Shown: positions 17,869 through 27,990 of the stretch, in pieces
Layout of the letters: each line of letters opens with the position of its first letter
Position numbering within the stretch: position 1 is the stretch's first letter
From: an uncultured Candidatus Saccharibacteria bacterium
Lineage (GTDB): Bacteria; Patescibacteriota; Minisyncoccia; Phycocordibacterales; PALSA-1337
DNA length: 64,000 nt
Reading direction: 5' to 3'
Assembly: GCA_964629235.1 (NCBI GenBank)
Contig: CAZVQB010000001.1
Coordinates: 4,431 to 68,430, forward strand
Notes under the pieces: generated by a model
Databases searched by the model: none
Seen by the model: only the letters and a program-made list of their open reading frames with translations
Told to the model about the DNA's origin: nothing
Translations under genes and position numbers: made by a program

Positions 17869-18615
17869 ATGATAAGCAGTCTTTCGTCTATACAAAACAA
17901 TATCATTTCAAAGTTGAAGAATTCTAAGTCCCTTAGATATAGCGAGCTTCAACCAAGAGATATTCCAAATGATCTTTTTAACTATCATTTGCAACATTTA
18001 GTTAAAAAAGAGCTAATAATAAAAAATCCAAAAGGTTATTCGCTTTCAGAAAGAGGAATCAGATATGTAGCAGACCCATATCCGAATAACAATGTAATCT
18101 CGAGCCTCTTTAAAGTAAATGTTATAACTATTGTTTCTAGAGTCAGAAATGGAAAAATTGAAATATTAAACCAAATTAGAAAATCAAATCCATCATTCGG
18201 TAAGGTTGGAGTAATGGGAGGTGTTGTTTTAAAGGGAGAGCTTATAGAGGACGCAGCAAAAAGAAAGTTTAAACAAGAAACAGGGTTGGATGCGAAATTT
18301 AAACATATTGGAACAGAACGTAGAATCATGTATAAAAATGGAGAATTATTTTCAGATTTACTTTTCCCTATAATGTATTCAAGAAGATATACTGGCGAGT
18401 TGTTGGTCGATTCTGATTTTGGTCATAATATGTGGGTTTCAATAAATCAAGCAATTGAAAACGAATCTGGTGAATTCGATTCAATACGAAGTATAAATAT
18501 CGTTCTAAAATCAATTAAAAATAATAAAATTAAAAATTTGCCAATCTTTTTTAAAGAAGAAATTCAAAGTGACAATATAGAGAATAATAAAAATGATACA
18601 TTGTCTACCGAATAG
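17869..18615 (+). CDS. Winged-helix plus NUDIX-like regulator
   Basis: LRYSEL...FNYHLQHL...YSLS wHTH; degenerate Nudix box GGVVLKGELIEDAAKRKFKQETGL. Confidence 0.75.
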   Translation: MISSLSSIQNNIISKLKNSKSLRYSELQPRDIPNDLFNYHLQHLVKKELIIKNPKGYSLSERGIRYVADPYPNNNVISSLFKVNVITIVSRVRNGKIEILNQIRKSNPSFGKVGVMGGVVLKGELIEDAAKRKFKQETGLDAKFKHIGTERRIMYKNGELFSDLLFPIMYSRRYTGELLVDSDFGHNMWVSINQAIENESGEFDSIRSINIVLKSIKNNKIKNLPIFFKEEIQSDNIENNKNDTLSTE

Positions 18616-18685
18616 ACACTCTCTTTTTTATTTTTTATGAAAAGTAAATAATACTATCGGACTCATTAAGTCTTTAATAAATATT

Positions 18686-19516
18686 ATGAGAAATATAAAA
18701 AATGAAATAGCCACTAAGGGTCATATAACTTTAGAGTATCCGTCTAACCTCAGAAAAGCTGTAGAAGAAACGAATACGCTTTGGGAGAAATTTTGTGAAT
18801 TGCCTGAAGATGTAAAAAGTAGTCTTGTGTATAGCAACAATTCAGACGGGGTGGGGTATGAACTTAAAGATGGAATAGGGAAAAATGCTGATCGAAAGGA
18901 GAATTTTGATATAACTATAGCTGGAGAAAAATGGTTAGTTGAAAATACAAGTAAAATCAAAGAACCAGTTGTTCTAGATTTCTTAAAGAGTGCAGTATCG
19001 CTTGTTGATATTATGAAATCTACTGTATTTGACTTTGCACTCTATCTTGAACAAGTATACGACATACAAGGATTTCATAATGAAGTAAGAGACAGTAAAG
19101 ACTCGTTCTTTGTAAGGTTCATTCACTATTTCGGTAATAGAAAAGATGGAGAAGAAACAGCTTCTGCACATGTTGATCAAAGTGGTTTTACTTTTCATTT
19201 GTATGAAAGCCAGCCAGGATTGCAGGCATTAAGTTTTAGAGGCGATTGGGAAGATATGCCAGTGTCGTCTGGTGAGACCGTTATAATACCCTCGATGCAG
19301 TTACAACTAAGAACAAAAGGGAAGTTAAAGGCATTGTGTCATAGAGTTGTAGCAACTCAGACTACTGCAAAAACCGGCCGGTATTCAGCAGTTTGTTTTG
19401 TACAATTAAAAAATACTTCAAAATACGATAAAGATAAGCACGGCCGTTTACAAGAAAAGACCCCAGGTTTTAATTATCAAATGGCGTACGAAGAATTCCA
19501 AGAGCTCTTCAAATAA
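18686..19516 (+). CDS. 2OG-Fe(II) oxygenase (IPNS-like)
   Basis: RFIHY, HVD (HxD), PGLQ, LCHRV, RYSAVCF (RxS). Confidence 0.88.
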   Translation: MRNIKNEIATKGHITLEYPSNLRKAVEETNTLWEKFCELPEDVKSSLVYSNNSDGVGYELKDGIGKNADRKENFDITIAGEKWLVENTSKIKEPVVLDFLKSAVSLVDIMKSTVFDFALYLEQVYDIQGFHNEVRDSKDSFFVRFIHYFGNRKDGEETASAHVDQSGFTFHLYESQPGLQALSFRGDWEDMPVSSGETVIIPSMQLQLRTKGKLKALCHRVVATQTTAKTGRYSAVCFVQLKNTSKYDKDKHGRLQEKTPGFNYQMAYEEFQELFK

Positions 19517-19520
19517 AAAA

Positions 19521-19545
19521 CACCCGCACGACTGTCGTGCGGGTG
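19521..19545. terminator. Hairpin between convergent genes
   Basis: CACCCGCACGAC-T-GTCGTGCGGGTG preceded by A run. Confidence 0.75.
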
Positions 19546-19550
19546 AATTG

Positions 19551-20139
19551 CTATTCTCCAGGGTGATTCCAATCAAAGAAAACCCTACCTTCACGTTTGG
19601 TAATGTCTTCATGATCACCACCACTAGGGTCTCTCAAAGGACCAATGTATTTTCCAGGATAAATAGTAAGAATCGATGCAAAAATGTTATGACTATCATT
19701 AAAAATACCGTAAACAATAGAAACCAGTGAGGTTCTCGGTGCTTTGATATCAATAAGATGTTTTGCAACTCTCAATCCGACACTTCGATTGTTAGGATTA
19801 AAACTTTCGAGATGACCAAGGTTGTAGTGTTCAATCGAATCAGTTGACTCCCAACCGATTGTTTCTTCGAAATCGAGAGTAACTACACCCATTTTGCAAT
19901 CCTTGTTCTCATTGAGTGTACGGACGATACTCCTATACATTTCATCGCCAAAGTCGAAATCACCGTCGTATGCAAATTCCTCAAACGTATTCCATTTAGA
20001 GAAATTACCAGCGAGTTCATGATGAACCCCACGAAAACAGGTTCCATTGAGTCTGAGACGCGTTTTCCTTGTATAAAGGATACCAAATTTATAATGGTCG
20101 ATAGTTTTTCTGTAGAAATTTTCAAGATTTTCCTTTCAT
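19551..20139 (-). CDS. Hypothetical protein; frame is open about 65 codons upstream of the called start, nearest ATG (20139) is one base out of frame
   Basis: Frame of the 19551-19940 ORF continues as KENLENFYRKTIDHYKFG...; upstream context ATGAAAGGAAAAT. Confidence 0.55.
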
Positions 20140-20210
20140 TGCAAAATCTTTTTTTATACTACATATATAATTTATTTCTGTCAACAAAAAAGGCCTTTCG
20201 GCCTTTTTCA

Positions 20211-21998
20211 TTATTCTTTTCTTCTCGCTTTCGCTCTATCTGTTTCAGTTAAGAATTTCTTTCTCAGTCTTACTGATAGGGGAGTGATTTCTAGATATTC
20301 ATCTTCTCGCATTGTTTCAAGACCTCTTTCGACATCGATCTTCCAAGCCGGAGTAAGCATGATATGTTCATCATTACCTGATGATCTCATGTTTGTCAGA
20401 GCTTTACCCTTACATGGATTTACATCCATATCTTCACCCTTAGATACATCTCCAACAACCATTCCTTCGTATACGTCTGTTGTTGGTTCAATAAATATTC
20501 TTCCTCTTTCTTGTAGATTCCATAGAGCAAAAGCTAAAGCCTTACCTGTCATCATAGATGTCATAGATCCTGTAGTATGCTTCTCAATTTCTCCTGCATA
20601 TTCCTTGAATCCAATAAATCTACTAGCAAGAATTCCTTCACCCTTTGTGTCTATAACGAAAGCACTTCTGTATCCTAGTAAACCTCGTGTAGGAATTTCA
20701 AAAAGCATACGTGTTTGACCATCTTTTGATTTCATATCAACCATAGTCGCTTTTCTTTGCCCTAATTTTTCTATAATAGCTCCTGTGAATTCATCAGGGA
20801 TATCGATAGTAAGCTCTTCGAAAGGCTCACTCTTAACTCCGTCGATTTCCTTTACGATTACTTGTGGTTGAGATACTTGTAGTTCATATCCTTCTCGTCT
20901 CATATTTTCTAGCAGAACAGCGATATGAAGTTCACCTCGTCCAAATACTCTATAGTATTCATTTGATGAGAAATCCACCTTTAGACCTACGTTTATCTCA
21001 AGTTCCTTTTCCAGTCTTTCTCGGATTTGTCTACCTGTTACGAATTTACCCTCACGTCCTGCAAAAGGTGATGAGTTTACCAAGAAGTTTAGAGAGATTG
21101 TAGGCTCATCAATTTTAATAGCAGGAAGAGCTGGAGTTTCAGCTTTATCTGTTATTGTTTCTCCAATATAGATTTGTGGGAATCCAGCGATAGTTACGAT
21201 GTCACCAGCACTAGCTTCTTGTATTTCAACTCTCTTTTTTCCTTCGAAAGTAAATAATTTTGTTACTCTACCACTATTTACACTTCCATCAATTTTCTTT
21301 TCAAATACAGTTTGTCCAGTTTTTATTGTTCCATCGTAAACACGAGCAATAGCAAGACGGCCAAGGAAGTTGTCATATCCTAGGTTAAATACTTGCGCTG
21401 TAAGTGGGTCTGCAGCACTTCGATCTTTGTTTGCTGGTGGAACATGTTCAAGAATCATATCAAGAAGAGGAGTCAGATCTTTTCTTGGATCATCAAGCTT
21501 CTTCATAGCAACTCCTTCACGACCTATAGCGTATATAGTAGGGAAGTTCAATTGAGCATCATTTGCACCAAGTTCCATGAATAGTTCAAGCACCATCTCA
21601 TGACAATTGTCAGGATTTGCAGCTGGCTTGTCTATTTTATTTATAATTACGATTGGCTTTATACCAAGTTCTAGAGATTTCTTTAATACGAATCGAGTTT
21701 GTGGCATTGGGCCCTCTTGTGCATCAACTACAAGTAAAACTGTATCAATAGATCGTAGAACTCGCTCCACTTCTGATCCGAAGTCGGCGTGTCCTGGAGT
21801 GTCCACGATATTGATCTTTGTACCCTTGTATTCTATTGATGTATTTTTTGCATAAATAGTAATACCTCGCTCTTGTTCTAGAGCGTTTGAGTCCATTGTT
21901 CCATCTTCACCATGACCGCATTGTGTCATGATTGCGTCAGTAAGAGTTGTCTTACCGTGGTCCACGTGCGCAATGATTGCAATATTTCTTATATCCAT
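20211..21998 (-). CDS. typA: Translational GTPase TypA/BipA
   Basis: RNIAIIAHVDHGKTTL, DTPGHADFG, GRGELH, PTRGLLG, EITPLSVRLRK. Confidence 0.97.
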   Translation of the reverse strand: MDIRNIAIIAHVDHGKTTLTDAIMTQCGHGEDGTMDSNALEQERGITIYAKNTSIEYKGTKINIVDTPGHADFGSEVERVLRSIDTVLLVVDAQEGPMPQTRFVLKKSLELGIKPIVIINKIDKPAANPDNCHEMVLELFMELGANDAQLNFPTIYAIGREGVAMKKLDDPRKDLTPLLDMILEHVPPANKDRSAADPLTAQVFNLGYDNFLGRLAIARVYDGTIKTGQTVFEKKIDGSVNSGRVTKLFTFEGKKRVEIQEASAGDIVTIAGFPQIYIGETITDKAETPALPAIKIDEPTISLNFLVNSSPFAGREGKFVTGRQIRERLEKELEINVGLKVDFSSNEYYRVFGRGELHIAVLLENMRREGYELQVSQPQVIVKEIDGVKSEPFEELTIDIPDEFTGAIIEKLGQRKATMVDMKSKDGQTRMLFEIPTRGLLGYRSAFVIDTKGEGILASRFIGFKEYAGEIEKHTTGSMTSMMTGKALAFALWNLQERGRIFIEPTTDVYEGMVVGDVSKGEDMDVNPCKGKALTNMRSSGNDEHIMLTPAWKIDVERGLETMREDEYLEITPLSVRLRKKFLTETDRAKARRKE

Positions 21999-22150
21999 AA
22001 AGGCCAAATACTAAAAAGCTATTAAAAATTCGTATAAAGTTGAGAGTCCATTAAAGCATAAAAATTAAATTTAAGCAAGATAAATTCTATTAAATAAGTA
22101 AAAGAAAAACCCGCTTACAATATATGTAAGGCGGGTCTTCGAATGTTGTA

Positions 22151-22501
22151 TTAGGCTGACTCGATAGTACTTCTTCGTACTGAGGTCGAGACCTGCTGGT
22201 GAATAGGGAGAGCGAATGTAAACATTCCGAAATTATTCCCAACCTTCCTACTGTGTATGACCGCCGTAAAACGCTGACCGGTTGATTTGACATAACCATC
22301 AAATCCAATATCTTTGGAATGCTTGGTTCTGGTCACTGTATTTACTACCAAGTTGAAGGTCTGAGATTTTTCCCTGCAACCTCTCTCAATGACTACGACC
22401 TCCAATGTTGTATTGTCGTCACTACTCATGAGCGCTTTTAGTAATTGCTCTCGAACCACCTTTCTGACAATTAAATACTGTCCATCCATATTAACCTCCA
22501 T
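22151..22501 (-). CDS. Orphan hypothetical protein
   Basis: 116-aa ORF, GGAGG before the internal Met (MDGQ), terminator hairpin 22106-22139. Confidence 0.55.
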   Translation of the reverse strand: MEVNMDGQYLIVRKVVREQLLKALMSSDDNTTLEVVVIERGCREKSQTFNLVVNTVTRTKHSKDIGFDGYVKSTGQRFTAVIHSRKVGNNFGMFTFALPIHQQVSTSVRRSTIESA

Positions 22502-22550
22502 TTTGTGCTGTTTCAGGATAATCTTTACATCACAAGGGCAGCATTGTCAA

Positions 22551-23015
22551 CTACTTTACCAACTCCTCCACGACTTCTTTTACATGAGCACCATCCGCTT
22601 TTCCCTTTAACTCTTTCATAAGTCCACCTATAAAACCACCAAGCTTTTTTGAATCTGGTTTACCTTCTTTCTCGATCTTTGCTTGAACTATCTTTTTTAT
22701 ATCGTCTTTACTCATTGTCTCTGGAAGATATTTTTCAAGTATAGCCAATTCTTCTTTTTCCTTTTTCGCCAAATCACTTCTACCACCTTTTTCGAATTGT
22801 TCAATAGAATCTTTTCTTTGCTTTACACTTCTTTTTATTAAAGTTAAAGCGCTTTCATCATCTATATATTGTTCTGAACTTTTTTTAGTAATCAATTCAT
22901 AAGAGAAAAGGGAAGTGAGACCTCGAAGTGTTTCTAGGGTAATAGCGTCTTTTGCTCGCATAGCTTCGACTATTTGTCCTTTTATTTTTTCATGTAATGT
23001 TATGTTTTGTGTCAT
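22551..23015 (-). CDS. GatB/YqeY domain protein
   Basis: AMRAKD, KQRKDSIEQF..GGR.DL, E.AIL.KYLP, LKGKADG; start MTQNIT. Confidence 0.92.
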   Translation of the reverse strand: MTQNITLHEKIKGQIVEAMRAKDAITLETLRGLTSLFSYELITKKSSEQYIDDESALTLIKRSVKQRKDSIEQFEKGGRSDLAKKEKEELAILEKYLPETMSKDDIKKIVQAKIEKEGKPDSKKLGGFIGGLMKELKGKADGAHVKEVVEELVK

Positions 23016-23034
23016 ATACTGTATAATATCACAT

Positions 23035-24087
23035 ATGAATATCCTTATCATAATACTAATTATCTTGGTTGCGGTTGCGATTTTTATAATGTTTTTAAAC
23101 TACAGACGTCTTTCTCCAAAAGAAGAAAAGGATGATATAGGTTTGAAACTTATTTTGGAACAAATAAATGAATTGAACCGCACCGTAGATGAAAAAATCG
23201 GTAGAGGTCATAGAGATATGCGTGAATCTATGCAGATGCAACTATCAGAATCAACAAAGATGATTCGTGAAGTTACTGCGGGTCTAACAAAACTTGATGA
23301 GACGAATAGGCAAGTAGTATCTTTCGCAGATCAGTTGCAATCTTTGCAAGATATATTAAAGAATCCGAAGCATCGTGGAATACTTGGTGAATATTATCTT
23401 GAAACTCTTTTAAACAATGTACTTGCTCCAACTCAATACAAAATGCAATATGCTTTTTCAAACGGTGAAATCGTCGACGCTGCGGTCTTTGTTAAAGATA
23501 AAATCATACCAATCGATTCAAAGTTTTCTCTGGAAAATTATAATAAATTGGTAAATGAAAGAGATCCGGTAGAAAAGGAAAGATTGGAAAAAGCTTTTGT
23601 AAATGATCTAAAACTTCGAATACAAGAAACAGCAAAATACGTACGTCCATCTGAAGGTACAATGGAATTCGCTTTTATGTTTATTCCACATGAAGCAATA
23701 TACTATGATCTATTGATAAATAAGATAGGGGCGGTAACAGAAGAAACCGATAATCTCATCCAGAGAGCAGCCAATAAGTATAAGGTGATAATAGTCTCGC
23801 CAACGTCGTTTTTGGCCTATTTACAGACGGTTTTACAGGGTTTAAAAGCATTACAGATAGAGGAGACAGCAAAAGATATAATAAAGCGTGTAGATGACCT
23901 TGGAAATCATTTAAAAAAGTATGAAGAATACCACGAAAAGCTCGGCGCTTCGCTTGGTACAGTAGTGAATCATTACAACAATTCAGGTAAAGAATTAAAG
24001 AAGGTAGATAAGGATATTTTACGAATTACCGGACAAAATCCTGGATTGGAGACAAAAGTGATTGACCAACCAGACGAGATAGTGTAA
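23035..24087 (+). CDS. rmuC: DNA recombination protein RmuC
   Basis: N-terminal TM, NPKHRGILGEYYLE, IDSKF, FAFMFIP.EAIY, VSPTSF. Confidence 0.93.
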   Translation: MNILIIILIILVAVAIFIMFLNYRRLSPKEEKDDIGLKLILEQINELNRTVDEKIGRGHRDMRESMQMQLSESTKMIREVTAGLTKLDETNRQVVSFADQLQSLQDILKNPKHRGILGEYYLETLLNNVLAPTQYKMQYAFSNGEIVDAAVFVKDKIIPIDSKFSLENYNKLVNERDPVEKERLEKAFVNDLKLRIQETAKYVRPSEGTMEFAFMFIPHEAIYYDLLINKIGAVTEETDNLIQRAANKYKVIIVSPTSFLAYLQTVLQGLKALQIEETAKDIIKRVDDLGNHLKKYEEYHEKLGASLGTVVNHYNNSGKELKKVDKDILRITGQNPGLETKVIDQPDEIV

Positions 24088-24099
24088 TATAACTCCACT

Positions 24100-24417
24100 A
24101 TGGAATTTGCAGTAATACAAACAGGAGGAAAGCAATATAAAGTAAAAGCTGGGGATGAAATCAAGATTGAGAAAATCCTAGGCGAACACAAAGAAGGCGA
24201 TAAAATCGTTTTCGATAAGGTATTACTAGTAGATAATGGATCTGACACTACAATAGGTACACCTTATATTGAGAAGGCAAAAGTTACAGGAACTATTACA
24301 AAGATTGGAAGACTAGCGAAGGTAAACGTTATAAAGTACAAGCAAAAGAGTAAATACTTCAAGAAAAATGGTCATAAGCAACCATATTTCCAAGTTAAGA
24401 TTGAAGGATTAAAATAA
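24100..24417 (+). CDS. rplU: 50S ribosomal protein L21
   Basis: FAVIQTGGKQYKV, IGTPY, GHKQPY. Confidence 0.97.
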   Translation: MEFAVIQTGGKQYKVKAGDEIKIEKILGEHKEGDKIVFDKVLLVDNGSDTTIGTPYIEKAKVTGTITKIGRLAKVNVIKYKQKSKYFKKNGHKQPYFQVKIEGLK

Positions 24418-24448
24418 AGTAAAAGAAAGACCCGAAAGGGTTTTTCTT

Positions 24449-25057
24449 TTAAACCCTCTCTCTATTCTTCAAAGCATTCTTTATTGTATCCGCATCTGAA
24501 TATTCAAGTTCAGTTCCTGTAGAAAGCCCGCGACCAAGTACACTGATTGTTATATTCCGATCTGGGAATTTATTTTTTAAATAATCTTTTATAAAGTCTG
24601 CAGTGTGTTCACCTTCAGCATTTGCATTTAAAGACAAAATGATTTCACTAAAGCTAGTAGTACTTAGTCTATTAAAAAGTTCATTCAATCTGACTTTTCT
24701 CTCAGGTTCTTTATCAAGTATCGGAATAGTGCCTCCAAGGATAAAGTAATACCCATTATAAAATTTACTTTTTTCAATTGCTTCAAAGTCTATGTCTCTT
24801 GATACGATCATTAATTGATTTTGATCTCGATTTTGATTTGAACAAATACTACATGAGCTTCTATTTTCATCCTGATAAAATCTGAAGCAAAGAGGGCAGA
24901 CCCGAATACTTTTCTTTATAGATAAAATAAGCCTAGATATTTCTTCAAGATAACTAGGATTTTTGGTTAAAAGAAAATAAACAAAGCGTTTTGCTTGTCT
25001 TGGGCCTATACCAGGGAATTCTTTAAAATATTCTGTTAGTTTAGAAATCGGATCCAT
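24449..25057 (-). CDS. recR: Recombination mediator RecR
   Basis: FPGIGPRQAKR, C4 zinc finger, TOPRIM (EGEHTA), GTELEYSD; start MDPISK. Confidence 0.95.
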   Translation of the reverse strand: MDPISKLTEYFKEFPGIGPRQAKRFVYFLLTKNPSYLEEISRLILSIKKSIRVCPLCFRFYQDENRSSCSICSNQNRDQNQLMIVSRDIDFEAIEKSKFYNGYYFILGGTIPILDKEPERKVRLNELFNRLSTTSFSEIILSLNANAEGEHTADFIKDYLKNKFPDRNITISVLGRGLSTGTELEYSDADTIKNALKNRERV

Positions 25058-26465
25058 TGCCTTGCTGACCGTTATTATCGAAATCACCAAAATCACTCTT
25101 TTCAATACTCATGAATGATGTTTTCTTATCATCAAAGTATAGTTCAGCATAGCCGGTTGGTCCATTTCTGTGTTTTTCAATCATAATTTTTGCAATATTT
25201 GGTCTTGCTTGTGAAGTATCTTTATTGTGTTTATCCTCACGATGAATGAACATAACAACATCAGCATCCTGTTCGATAGACCCTGAATCTCGAAGATCAG
25301 AAAGTCTAGGCTCGCCGCCTCTTTGTTCAACTGCTCGACTTAGCTGGGATAGGGCAATAACTGGAACTTCTAGTTCGCGAGCGAGTTGCTTTAATGATCT
25401 AGAGATCTCAGTTACTTGCTGAACAACGTTATCAGAATTCCTACTTTGAGTTGGAACCATAAGCTGTAGGTAATCAACGATGATAAGTCCTAAGCCTTTT
25501 TCACTTTTTAACCTTCTTGCTACAGCACGCATTTTTAGAATATTGTTTGCAGGTTGATCGTCAATGTAAATAGGTGCAGTAGAGAGTCTATCCATAGCAT
25601 CTCGAATTGCTTTGAAGTCATGTTCAACATTTAGATTTTGTCCTGTACGAATCTTCCAAGAATCAACTTGTGATTCAGCAGAAAGCATACGATCGACTAG
25701 TTGTTGCGAACTCATTTCAAGAGAGAATATACCTACAGGAACATTGTGCTTGATAGCTGCGAGACGTGCAAAGTCTAGAGCGAGAGAAGTTTTACCCATT
25801 GAAGGTCGTGCAGCAAGGATTATGAGGTCAGACTTTTGGAATCCAGCGAGTTTATTGTCTATAGCAGGGAAGCCGGTAGGGATTCCACGCATTTCATCTT
25901 TAGTTGCATGCAATTTATCTATTCTTTCCCATGCTTCAACAAGTGTGTCTTTTAGGGCGATGAACTTGTGGGTTCCTGTATAGTTTGTAACTTCAAATAT
26001 TTTCTTTTCTGCTTTATCAAGAGTCTCTTCTATATCCATTTCTTCATCGAAACCGAGGTTACCAACAAACTCTGAGGCATTTATCAATTCACGCATTATA
26101 TGCTTCTTTTGCACAATTTCAGCATAATGCTTTGCATTTGTGGAAGAAGGTACTCCATGCACAAGTTCTGTAAGATATGGCATTCCACCTGCTTGTTCCA
26201 ATAAATCCTTATCTCTGAGTCTCGCAGAAAGAGAGAGTAGATCAATTGGTGTACTTTTACCAAAAAGCTCCATCATAGTTACCCATATAAGCTTGTGTCT
26301 ATCAGAATAGAAAACTTTCTCAGATATGATATCTGTAATGTCGTGCATTACTTCAGGTCGGATCATGATGGATCCAAGCAAAGCTTTTTCGGCTTCAAGA
26401 CTTTGTGGTGGAACTCTTAAATCTTTTGCTTTGAAATATGGTGATGAAGTCGGATTCGAACTCAT
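25041..26465 (-). CDS. dnaB: Replicative DNA helicase DnaB
   Basis: PPQSLEAE, AARPSMGKT, IVDYLQLM, SDLRDSGSIEQDAD, KHRNGPTG; no intein. Confidence 0.97.
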   Translation of the reverse strand: MSSNPTSSPYFKAKDLRVPPQSLEAEKALLGSIMIRPEVMHDITDIISEKVFYSDRHKLIWVTMMELFGKSTPIDLLSLSARLRDKDLLEQAGGMPYLTELVHGVPSSTNAKHYAEIVQKKHIMRELINASEFVGNLGFDEEMDIEETLDKAEKKIFEVTNYTGTHKFIALKDTLVEAWERIDKLHATKDEMRGIPTGFPAIDNKLAGFQKSDLIILAARPSMGKTSLALDFARLAAIKHNVPVGIFSLEMSSQQLVDRMLSAESQVDSWKIRTGQNLNVEHDFKAIRDAMDRLSTAPIYIDDQPANNILKMRAVARRLKSEKGLGLIIVDYLQLMVPTQSRNSDNVVQQVTEISRSLKQLARELEVPVIALSQLSRAVEQRGGEPRLSDLRDSGSIEQDADVVMFIHREDKHNKDTSQARPNIAKIMIEKHRNGPTGYAELYFDDKKTSFMSIEKSDFGDFDNNGQQGNGSDF

Positions 26466-26534
26466 GCAGACATTGTATCATGCAAAAAATATAGACACGA
26501 TAGAAAATAGAATAAACAGTGAACAAAGTGTGAA

Positions 26535-27926
26535 TTACTTTTTATTTAGAACAAAACCATCATCAGTATCTTTTAGAGAATAACCTCTATTTTCAATTTC
26601 AAGTCGAAGTGCATCGGCCATTTCCCATTTTTTATTTTTCCTTGCTTGTTCACGAGTTTCGGCTAGAGCAATTATCTCTTTTGGGATACTATCTTTTTCT
26701 CCTTTTTTCATTTCAAGAATAGATTTCAATCCAAAACCAAATACTCTATCAAAATCTAAAAGCAAAGATATTTTTTCTTTAGATTCAAGAGAATGGTCTT
26801 TTATAAGTTCCCAAGCCAAGGCTAGTGCTTCAGGCATATTAAAATCATCATTTATTTTAGTATTAAATTCAGCTTTATAGTCTCTAGGATTAGCACTAGC
26901 GTGGATATGTTCATGCTGTACCTCACCAAGTCTTAAGAATGTCTCTACGAAACGAATGAAAGCAGTTTGTGCGGCTTTTACAGCTTCCAAAGTAAAGTTA
27001 ACTTGTGATCGATAATGAGAAGTTAAAAGCCAATATCTAAAAGCAATAGGGGAGATTCCTGATTCTTCCAGATCAGCAAGTTTTAAGAAATTGCCTTTTG
27101 ATTTTGCCATTTTATCATCATTTACATTCATGAATGCACCATGAATCCAATACTTCACAAAGGTTTTATCAGTTGCACATTCTGATTGAGCAATTTCATT
27201 TGTATGATGAGGGAAAATAAGATCGATTCCACCGATATGGATATCGAAAGTTGGACCCAAGGCCCTAGTAGACATAGCGGAACATTCTATATGCCAACCT
27301 GGACGCCCTTTGCCAAAGGGTGCTTCGTATACAACATCGCCGTCAGTTTCAGTATAGAATTTCCATAGAGCAAAGTCTCTAGGATTTTCTTTTTCATATT
27401 CATCATTTGAAATTCTTTCTTTTAAATTTGAAGAATCTAAAGGATCTATTTTTAGTTTTGCCAATTTTCCATATTCTGGGAATTTCCCGATACTAAAATA
27501 AATTCCATCTTTTGAAACATAAGCAATGTCTTTTTCAAGTAAAATAGAGATCATCTCTATCATATCCTTTATATAGTCGGTTGCTCGAAGGAGTTTGTGA
27601 GGAGTTAGAATATTTAGAGAGTGTAAATCTGCCAAGAACAGAGTTTCATAATGTCTTGTTATTTGTTCTAAACTAGTTTTTTGATTAATACTTTTCTTAA
27701 TCGTCTTATCATCAACATCAGTAATATTCATTACTTGAGTTACGAAATAGTTATTGTATTCAAAAACTCTTCTTACAATATCGTATAAAACATTTGTTCG
27801 AAGATTACCTATATGCGCAGTGTCATAGACAGTAGGGCCACAACTATAGATTCCAACTTTTCCTTCGACAATAGGTTTAAATTCCTCCTTTTTACCTGAT
27901 AAAGTATTTTGGATATGGATTAACAT
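26535..27926 (-). CDS. cysS: Cysteine--tRNA ligase
   Basis: CGPTVYD..HIGN, GRPGWHIECSAM, FPHHTNE, KMAKS. Confidence 0.97.
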   Translation of the reverse strand: MLIHIQNTLSGKKEEFKPIVEGKVGIYSCGPTVYDTAHIGNLRTNVLYDIVRRVFEYNNYFVTQVMNITDVDDKTIKKSINQKTSLEQITRHYETLFLADLHSLNILTPHKLLRATDYIKDMIEMISILLEKDIAYVSKDGIYFSIGKFPEYGKLAKLKIDPLDSSNLKERISNDEYEKENPRDFALWKFYTETDGDVVYEAPFGKGRPGWHIECSAMSTRALGPTFDIHIGGIDLIFPHHTNEIAQSECATDKTFVKYWIHGAFMNVNDDKMAKSKGNFLKLADLEESGISPIAFRYWLLTSHYRSQVNFTLEAVKAAQTAFIRFVETFLRLGEVQHEHIHASANPRDYKAEFNTKINDDFNMPEALALAWELIKDHSLESKEKISLLLDFDRVFGFGLKSILEMKKGEKDSIPKEIIALAETREQARKNKKWEMADALRLEIENRGYSLKDTDDGFVLNKK

Positions 27927-27990
27927 ATGTTGTAGTATAGCTTTCATATTGTATGAAATCAAATTGTTTGCGATAATTCAGAGATAATTT

